Positions 45,607-56,100 of a stretch of 64,000 nucleotides of DNA are shown here, piece by piece. The stretch is from Paraspadella gotoi. Taxonomy: Eukaryota; Animalia; Chaetognatha. The DNA lies in contig CM119271.1 of the NCBI GenBank assembly GCA_051294375.1, forward strand, positions 10,068,291-10,132,290. Direction: 5' to 3'. The first letter of the stretch is position 1, and each line of letters starts with the position of its first letter. Under the pieces are notes generated by a model. It was given only the letters and a program-made list of their open reading frames with translations, was not told the DNA's origin and searched no databases. A program made the translations under genes and the position numbers.

Positions 45607-48600
45607 CGACGACGAAGTTTCCGTGGATGACGATTCAGTTTCCGAAGAAGAAGATTTCTTCTTCTTTTTGTCTTTCTTCTTCTCCTCGGGTTTCGAAGGC
45701 GGTTTGCTCTTCTTCTCGGCAGGTGGCTTGGATTCCGCGGGGGCTTTGGCCGGCGGAGGCGCGGCCGCCGGTTCCGGTGGAGGCGGCGGCGGCGGCGGAG
45801 GAGATTCGGCTGGAGCTGGCGGCGGCGGCGGTGGTGGAGCGGGCGCTGGAGCAGGCGGTGGCGTAGATGAGGATGATTCCGTAGAAGATGTGGCTGTCGT
45901 AGACGTCGACTCGTAAGAAGATGACTCTTCTGAAGATTTTCGTTTATCCTTTTGTTTGCCCTTCTTCGCCGGCGGTTTCGGCGGCGGCGGGGGCGGCGGA
46001 GGTGGAGGCGGCGTCGATGAAGATTCCGTAGATTCGGTTGTTTCGGTTGAAGACTCCGTTTCGTACGAAGACGATTCTTCAGATCCCGACGAAGATCTTT
46101 TTTTTTTCTTTTCATCTTTTTTCTTATCACCCTTTTTGGCCGACTTCTCTGCCGCAGGAGCAGCGGGCTTTTTCTGACTTGGCGCGCCATCTGACGACGA
46201 CGAAGTTGATTCCGTCTCCGACGTCGATTCAGTCTCACTCGATCCCGAGGAGGAAGAAGCAGCAGCTTTCTTTTTCTTGGCCGCCGGAGCCGCGGCGCCG
46301 CCTTTGGCCTTAGTCTTCGCCGGGGGCGTCCACGAAGAGTCCGTAGATCCCGTCTCGGAAGACTCGGATACCCACTCGATTTCCGTAGATTCCGTCTCAC
46401 TCGATCCCGATGACGAAGAAGAAGAAGCTTTCTTTTTCTTGGCCGCCGGAGCCGCGGCGCCTCCTTTGGGCTTAGTCTTCGCTGGGGGCGTCGACGAAGA
46501 GTCCGTGGATCCCGTTTCTGAAGACTCGGACACCCATTCGATTTCCGTTGAGGATTCCCCGGAAGACGACTCCGACACCCATTCGACGATGGTTTCCGAT
46601 GATTCCTTGGAGGAAGACTCCGACACCCATTCCACGATGGTTTCGGATGACTCCTTGTCAGAAGACTCCGACACCCATTCAATCAGCGTCGACGAGGACG
46701 TGTAACTCGAAGCAGACGTCGTCGAAGTCGTTGATTGCGGCGCCGAGGATTCCGAGATCCACTCGATCAGCCACTCGATCGTCGTTTCTTCCTCGGCGAC
46801 CGAGGATTCCGAGATCCACTCGATGATCCACTCGATCTCAGTTCCGTTCTCCGAGGATTCCGATATCCACTCCGTCTCCCATTCGATCTCCCACTCGATT
46901 CTCCACGGTTTGCGCACGTGAAACGTTTGCGATTCGATGCATTCGTCCTCGAAGTAATAATCTTCGATGCGGAGATGATCGAAGGCGGCCTCTCGTTCAT
47001 GTTCACCATAGAGGATCGTCTCCAGGTAATCTCTGAAGAATTCTTCGAAATATGTCGTAGTGTAATGTTCGGGCGCCGTGATTAGTTGTTCCACGAGCAT
47101 CTCAAAAGGCTGCTCCGTAAAGCCGAGAAACATGTAATTCTTTTCCTCCACGCTGTTGACTTCTACTTTAAGTTCGTTGAGCAGCGTTTCCGCGGCCATA
47201 TCTCTCTCGTAAAAGCCCTCCTGGATCATTGTCTCGATGACAGTTTCGGGATAGGTCTCGTATTCTATGAAATCGGTCAAGTATTTGTATTCGTGCTCTG
47301 CTTCAAAAGGCACTTCGAATGATTCGTGAACGAACGTTTCTATTTCGGGATTTATTTCGACATATTGGATCTCTTCCACGATGTTTTCAAAATAGTTTTC
47401 ATCGTGAAACTCTCTCTCGTAAAAGCCCTCCTGGATCATTTTCTCGATGACAGTTTCGGGATAGGTCTCGTATTCTATGAAAATCGGTCAAGTATTTGTA
47501 TTCGTGCTCTGCTTCAAAGGCACTTCGAATGATTCGTGAACGAACGTTTCTATTTCGGGATTTATTTCGACATATTGGATCTCTTCCACGATGTTTTCAA
47601 AATAGTTTTCATCGTGAAACTCTCTCTCAGTAAATGCAACATCAACTGCAACTTCTTCTATCGTTCTATCACTGATAGGTTCAACAACTGACTCGTGAAT
47701 TTCAAGGACTTGTTCTGCAAATAATTCTTCAAGTGGTTCATTCTCAAAAACGCCTTTACCAATATCTATTTCTATATAATTGTGTTCCTCGACATATCTT
47801 CTGTGGCTGTATTCATCTTCTGGTTCAATTGGATTAAGGGTATACTCGAACGCTCTCTCAAGGTAGAATTCAAATTCACGTGGAATCTCTGAATAAAGTT
47901 CAGGACGGATAGGTCCTCCTTCAAAATATTCATCTTCGAAGAATTTGGCAGTCAAAAATAATTCACTAAATAAAGCTTCTTGATCTTCTTCATCCACTTG
48001 CACATGAACCAACTGTTCTGCTCCACGCTGTTCTCCAAAATCTTCATAATTATAATGAAGGTATTCTTCATGATTATATTCAAAAATTTTGACTTCTTTA
48101 ATTTGTTCGAGTTCTTGCTTAACATTTTTACCTTCAAAAATGTTGACCTCAAAACCCCTTTCTAATAGTTTTTCGACAATAAATGTTCCTAAATTTTCCT
48201 CTTTCATTACCTCTATATTCTCAGAAATAGCTTCCAAAATATTTATTTCTGTATCTTTTTCAAAAATTAATTCTCCAATTTCACTTTGAAAAAATTCTCC
48301 ATGACTAATTTCCAATTCGAAAGTTATTTCCTCCAAATATTCATACTCTTTAACTTCCTTGAAAGGCCCCTCACCAGAATGCTTTTCAAAAATCAATTCG
48401 AGTAAGCATTCTATTTCGATGGGTCCTTGGGTAAGTGTTTCCTCGTTGTAAGAGCTCAAAAGTGCTTCAAAAGATTCCTCATGTTCACAAATTCCTACTT
48501 CTATGAATCTTTCAAAAAATTCTTCAGCCAATTCATGGTAAAAAGTATTCTCTTCAAAAATTTCTCCTTCATGAAATCTTTTTTCTATTATTCTGCACGA

Positions 48601-51600
48601 TTCTAGAAACATGTTTTCTTCACCAGATATTCCTAAATGTTCAAATTCTGGTGATTGTTCAAACTCGCCCTCCAATATTCCTATTTCAAGGTTCCTCTGT
48701 TCCACTTCATATTGGGTCAATTTTTCTTCAATTGTTACTTCGATATAACTAAATCTTTCAAAAAATTCCTCTCCAAATTCATGAAAGGAAGAAGTCTCTT
48801 CAAAAATTTCTCCTTCATCAAATCTTTTTTCTATTATTCTGCACGATTCTAGAAACATGTTTTCTTCACCAGATATTCCTAAATGTTCAAATTCTGGTGA
48901 TTGTTCAAACTCACCCTCCAATATTCCTATTTCAAGGTTCCTCTCTTCCACTTCATATTGGGTAAATTTTTCTTCAATTGCTACTTCAATATAACTAAAA
49001 CTTTCAAAAAATTCTCCTGCAAATTCCTGAAAAGTCTCTTCAAAAATTTTTCCTTCATCAAATCTTTTTTCTATTATTCTACATGATTCTTGAAACATAT
49101 TTTCTTCACCAGATATTCCTAAATGTTCAAATTCTGGTGATTGTTCAAACTCACCCTCCAATATTCCTATTTCAAGGTTCCTCTCTTCCTCTTCAGATTG
49201 AGTCAATTTTTCTTCAATTGCAACTTCAATATAACTTAAACTTTCTAAAAATTCTCCTGTAAATTCCTGAAAAGTCTCTTCAAAAATTTTTCCTTCATCA
49301 AATCTTTTTTCTATTATTCTACATGATTCTTGAAACATATTTTCTTCACCAGAAATTCCTAAATGCTCAAATTCTGGTGATTGTTCAAACTCACTCTCTA
49401 AAATTCCAACTTCAATGTACCTCTCTTCGTCTTCATACTGGGTAAATTCTTCTTCAATTGTTACTTCCATATAATTTGTTAACTCTTCAATATTTGTTAA
49501 ATACTCACATTCAAATACTTCTTCCTTAATGATATTCCATTCTGTGATTTCTGATAAAAAAATTTCAGTTTCAAGTTCCTTCATACGAATTTCAGATGAT
49601 TCTTCAGCAGGTTCAATTATAAAAATTTCTGTTTCTTCATTATCTTCAGTTATTTGTTCAAATACAGATCTTTCCTCATAAATTTTACAATTAAGAAGTT
49701 CTTCATTAAATTCCACCATAAAATGTTTATCGTGAGATTCTTCAATTGAAAGTTTTTCACAAGTAGCTTCTGATGGCTGATTTTCTTCTGCATGCTCTTT
49801 TCCTTGCTCCCATTCCAAATTTTTATTTTCCTGTTCAGTAGATGCTTCTTTTTCCATGATTGACTCTTCTTCACTCCTTTCTTCAATAATAATATTTTCT
49901 TCAATTTGGTATTCAAAGGCTTCTTCTTCATGAAAAATATTTTCAAGTGCTTCAACTGCACTTTCACCTTCAATAAAATCATTTTCAAAATGACTGGCTT
50001 CCAGTATTTTTTCGTCATAAAGCTTTATTTCAATAACACCTTCTTCTCTAAATTTTCCAGAATATTCCTCCTCACCAAATATTAATGTAAAATCCCATTC
50101 ATACTCTTCACTTAATAGTTTTTCAATTATTTCTTCTGTAAATGTTTCATTTTCATCAATTTCAATTATTCCTTCTTCTAAAAGTTCAAATATTGCTTCT
50201 TCGGTTAACAATCCTTTGGTGAATTTCAGGCAGTGAATTCAGAAAGTTCAGGCTTTAAATTGTTGATAGTTTATTAATATAATTAATTAAAAAGAAAATG
50301 AAATATGAATGATCATTATAATTATAGTTTTTTAGGGTTGGATAATAAAAATATAAATTATTTTTAGATATGCTTTTTATGCAAAATATTACTAACTTCA
50401 CTCATAAAATTTAGTATTATGGTGGATTAAAATCCACCAACCGTTCATCAGCGGCCATTGGTGCTGGAGGCAAGTCATTTGCCTCCCAACCCAAAGGTCC
50501 GGGGTTCTAGCCCGGTGGTCGTCTGGCAGTTAAGAGGGACGGGGCGCTTAACCCGCCTGTAACATGGTGTTACAGCCTGATCCGAAGCTCAAGGACTGCT
50601 TATATTGAACGGTTCTGTCACTAACACATAACAATAATTACTGTCTCTTCAGTATGTAGTAAAAACAGGCAATTGATCTTACCTCTTTTTAGAATTAAGC
50701 AGTAAAATTTTATAAAACTTACCAACAGTAATACTAATTTTCAGTTCATTAAAATACTCTAAAGAAATATATATCTACTATTGAACTACTATTCTCATTA
50801 AATTTTTAAACAATTTTTCATAATTAATTTTTCAAAAATATTTAAATCATAATTCTATTAGTAACAAAAATAAATAAAAAATGATTACTACTGTTCAAAA
50901 TGTTTACCAATAAATAAAATAATTTTAAAAAAATTCTGTATGCACCACCTTTGACAAAAAATTCATTGCTTTCAAATAATTCTGGAACAAGCTTCCTTTC
51001 TAAATTTTCTTCCTCATATTTCTCAGCACAAGGTGCACTCTCCCATTCGTTATACACTTCTCCAAAAAGATCTTCTTCAGCGATTTCAACTAAGAATTTT
51101 TCTTCAGATTTTAAACAATATTTTTCATCTGTGAGAAAAGATAAAACTATTTCTGAGGTTGTTTACTAGTTTGATCAGATAAGTTATGACGGTACTTTAT
51201 TAGTTTTCAATTGGTGATAAGTTAAAATTCAGTTCAATTTTAATTTGCACTTTTTTAAAAAGTTATACACGTGGCCAGCATATTATTTTTAAATTATTTG
51301 GATTCGATTAAGTATATTCCATTGTTATACTGCTCTTTTTTTACTAATTATACAAAATATTAGACCCCATTCTAAATTTATTAGTACTCGCGGAGCAACT
51401 CTATCAGTCACTTTTTGGTCTATTGGTCAGTATGTCTGTCCAATTGTCTATCAGAGGTCGGAGGTCGCCTAGCAGTCAAGATGGACGGGGCGCTTAACCG
51501 GCCTGTAACAAGGTGTTACAGCCTGATCAGAAGCTCAGGGACTGCTTATATTTAACAGTTCTGTCACTAACACATAACAATAATTACTGTCTCTTCATTG

Positions 51601-53119
51601 GTGAGCCCGACTTCCGAACACAACAGCAACAACACTTTCAGGCGATATGCCTCAACCTGGTGATGCACTTTCCGCCAACAACACATCAGGCAACATGCCT
51701 CATCTTGGTGACGAACTTTCCACCAACAACACATCACTGAAGAGACGCAACAGACTTCTCCCTACGGTAGGCGGGGATGTATGGTGGACCAAAATCCACC
51801 AACCGTTCATCAGTGGCCATTGGTGCCGAAGGCAAGTCATACGCCTCCCAACCCAAAGGTCCGGGTTCTAGCCCGGTGGTCGCCTAGCAGTTAAGAGGGA
51901 TGGGGCGCATAACCCGCCTGTAACAAGATGTTACAGCCTGATCCGAAGCTCAGGGACTGCTTATATTGAACGGTTCTGTCACTGAACAGACACTAACACA
52001 TAACAATAATTACTGTCTCTTCACTAGGAAAATAAATATTATTCTTATGAACCAATCTGAAAATAGTGAAAGTTTGGATTTAACCTAATAAGTTTTTGTA
52101 ACTAATGTAATATGCCTAATTATTAATTTATATATCTTTATATGTTGTAGAATTTAAATTTTTTTCCACATATTTAAAAAAAATTTAAAATTATTTATTG
52201 CTTGAAAGTTTTCATAATGATGCCATTCCTAATATTGTTTAAATAAAATAAAACTCTTTTTGATCATTAAACTTCATATGCATGTGCAATCAGTTTTACC
52301 TTCTACAACTTGTACTTCTATGAATTCTTCAGTCAATATTTTTTCAATAACAGTTTCTTCAATTAATTTTTCATGAATAGTTTCTGTTTCAGCTTCGAAT
52401 TCATAATTTGTTTCGAATAAAAACCTTTCTCCTTCAACCAAATTAATTTTATTCTCTATTTCTTCAAATAATTCTTCTTCCATGAAATGAGGTACAAATT
52501 CATTTTCCAATAATTTTTCTGTAAACCATTCCTCTCTCAGACCTTTCCACTCTTTTTTTTCCTCTTCAGTATTTTCCAATTCTTTAACAAAGATCCTTTC
52601 TGTAGTGAATTAAGAATGTTTTTTATTGCGAGATAATAGAAATATTTTTATTTCCGCATATAGTTTAATCATTCTTATTCTAAGTATAACTGTAGCATTA
52701 TTAAAAGCTATACTAACTTGATTGTGTTCAAAACTACAGGAATTGATATGTAATAATGATAATTAAAGTTATAAAATATAATTGTAGTGATTAAAATGAA
52801 TATAAAAATTAATGAATTTTCAAATTGGTTCAATCTGGACATATTTTAATATAAATTTGATAATAATTTTTTAAACAAAAAACTATATTAATAATTTAAT
52901 AGAAAACTTTTTAAAAAGGTATTGATGAAAAGTTTAATTAGCTTTAAAAGATTATGTAAAAAGAAAAAGTTTTAATATTTTTTTCTCGCAGATACAGAAT
53001 TTATTTGATTAATATTATATCAACTTATCTTCTTCTCTGTTCTTACCTTCACCTGTCCTTTCATCTGGCCACTGTCCTTTACTCAGCCCTTTGTTGGAAA
53101 CTCTCCCTCAATCTCTCAC

Positions 53120-53173
<54 letters not shown>

Positions 53174-56100
53174 ACTTAATGTGTAGAGCATTTTTGATAA
53201 TGTTTTTTCAAAGCTGATGAAGACTCGAGTCGAAACATGTACTATGACAATAAAAATCGTTGTATTGGCAAACAATAAACAATTCCTAATATTCACTTAG
53301 CAACGAAAAGAGAGAAAATAATACAATATTATATCAACATAATTTAGCAGCCAATATTATATAAAAATTTAATAGATATATACTATCTAGGAAAAAAGTA
53401 AATCACATTTTTAATAAAGAATATCTACTCAAAAACTTGTTTGATTTAAAAAAATTCTGAATGTTTCTAAATCTACATTGAATTTCCTTTCAGTAGCTTC
53501 CTTCCATTTTTTGTAGGTCAAATCGTTTAAAAGTTAGAAGCAAAAATATTGTTACTTCAAATAAAAAATGTTGAAAAAAATCATATTTAGTTTTCCACTA
53601 TTTTTGGTATTTAGTTATTTGTTTTTATTTCGAATAGAGTTAGTTATTTTTTTTTTCAATTTGGTAATGCTAAAGGCCTTATACCTTTTTTGGTTCAAAA
53701 AAATATTATTATAGCTTTCAGAAAAGAGGGAAAAATGAATTGATTTTGAAAGATTTTTTAAAGATATTTCATTGTCATACCTCAATTTGCTGTATGAGAG
53801 CATACCCAGATGAATGCAGGCAGTAGTCAATACCAAAGAAGGGCATACCAAATATTGAGAATGTTTTACCTATGTTTTGTATATTTTTTATTGAATAAAT
53901 GAATTATGTGATATATTTTTTCCTAGATAGTAATATAATAATATAGTAATATTGGAAATAATTATCTGCAAAATCTTTCTTCGGATTTAGGTTTCTATTA
54001 AAAGAAAATAGTTTTATAAATTTGTCTTAGTATAAAAATAAATAAAAAGAAATTTCAATGAAAGTTCTGAAACTGAGACAATATTTATTTACAAAAAATA
54101 CTAAAAAATGCAAAATATATGATTTATATTATTTTTTGGTTATGGATATTTAACTAGCTAATTTTATCTACAGAATGATATTATGTGCTTTTGATGGCAG
54201 CATAAGGAATTTCATTAGTTTCTTTAGGGAGATAAACTTATAATCTGCAATACCATGATAGGTATATGGTGCTCGGTTCCTCCCTAGTCACACTATAGGC
54301 TGTAAAAAAGGGAAAAAATTTAGGGCTTCGAAGTTCTAGTTAAGAAAATCAACTGCCAGCCTCCAACAGTAAAAACCTGAAGATTTTCAGAAAAATTTGG
54401 ACATGTATAAGGGAACTGCTTTTAACAAGCGCTCTATTTTAGTTAATCTGTGAACATAATTTTAACACTAATATCTGACACTGATCTCTTACCAGAAGCT
54501 TAACCGATTCCCCAACCCTAATCCTAAACCTAGAACCCTAATTCTTAATCATTTAAAACTAACCTTATCACTTAAACTTCAACTCTATCTTTACTTTATC
54601 CTTACCTCCAATCCCTAAACTAATCATTAAACCTAATCACTAACTTAATTTTTGAATTTAAAAGCTAACTTTACTCTGAATTAAAGATGAAATAGGGCAC
54701 TTTTGGACAATATGGCTGTATTAGTTGGAAAGTTCCCATATTAAAGAAATTTCGCTACTTTTTAGTAAAGATGTCCCCTGGAGGTGCTGCGAGGGACATC
54801 ATGAGACAAAAAAGTCTAATATTTCTATATGAAAATTATCAAAGGTATTTCAGAATAGCTATAGAAAAATGTATTTATTAAATCCGGTACATATGGTATT
54901 CATATGAAATTAAAAATATTATAGTATAAATTATAGGTTCAGTGTACTTTAAAAACAATCTGAATTCACTACCTTCTACTCTTTCATTTGCGAACAAATA
55001 TTCTTTAGAATTTGATTTAATCTCTTCTATATCAACTGTCATTTCACATTCAGCCTCTTCTTCTCCATTTTCAGCACTGTATTCTTCTATAGCCGTTTCA
55101 CAAGTTTCTTCGGTAGTCATAACTTCAAGAATTAGTTCTTCTATTAAGGAAATACGTTCATGAGCTTCTTCTTCATTCCATCCTTCTTCCTCTGGTTTTA
55201 TTTCAACTGTTTCTGCAACAGCTTCTTCCATAGATTCAAACCTATATATTACTTCTTGTACTTTTTCTTCCATACAAGGTATTAGACTTTCAGAAATTTC
55301 TTCTTCAAAATGTTTTTCGTTCATAATTGCTTCATATATTTCTTCATAAAGTTCAGTAATAATGTTCTCAAGTGCTTCGGTGAACTCCTCAAAAATGAGT
55401 AAATTATATTTACCTTCCTCAGTAATTTCCTCCTTTTTTTCTTCAGAATATTCTCCTATTTCCTCCATAATATTTTCAATTTTTGGCATTTCTTCTCCGA
55501 GATATTCTTTTTCTCCCTGTTCCTCTATCAATTTTGCTGTTATTATTTGTATTATATGTTCTTCTTCAGTTTCTGGTTTTGCTTTTTCAATATACTCTTC
55601 TTCTGTATTATTTTCTGCTACTATTGAGTTTTCTGTTGGTATTTCTTCGACAGGTTGCATTTTGATCATTTCTTCTTCAGCCATCTCTTGAAGAGCCTCA
55701 TATATTGCTTCACTTTCAATTTCTTCAACATTTTTCTCACCAATTGATTCTTCAGCTTGCTCTTTGGTTTGTTGTTCACCTTCAAAAATCATCAGTATTT
55801 TTGTATGCGCTTCCTCGAGAGGTTTTTCTTCTGGCATTTTTTCAAGAACTTCCTCAATGAATTCAACGTTTTCTTCAAGGGGAATTTTTTCAGCAGCTTC
55901 CTCTTCAAAATTTTCTTTTTCATCCGCTTTTTCTTCAATTGTTTCATTTTCAAAGGTTTCTTCAGTTGTTTCTGTCTCTTGAATTTGCTCTACCGCAATG
56001 AAAAGGACAATTTTTTTTCCTTCTTCCCCAGATTTTTCTTCAGAAGATTCTTCACGAGCTTCTTCTTTAAAAGTTTCTTCCTGCAAAATATCTGCACTCT

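Noticed and set aside
45438-46682. 414-aa Arg-rich ORF and the many overlapping ORFs in GC-rich exons
   Set aside because: Alternative frames stay open because of GC-rich, low-complexity codon use; no independent evidence.
47470-47520. Premature stop making the giant gene a pseudogene
   Set aside because: It arises from compensating -1/+1 changes in A-runs relative to the adjacent repeat copy and the frame is restored. With similar indels at 57900-58260 this points to consensus error. Needs a raw-read check.
50440-50560. Twister or hammerhead ribozyme within the LTR (CTGATGA on the minus strand; CCGG..CCCGG..GAGGG)
   Set aside because: No GAAA partner and no twister loop consensus; the stem fits a tRNA T-arm better.
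54497-54650. True telomere or chromosome fusion site
   Set aside because: Short, highly degenerate, single orientation and intronic; more likely part of a repeat element.
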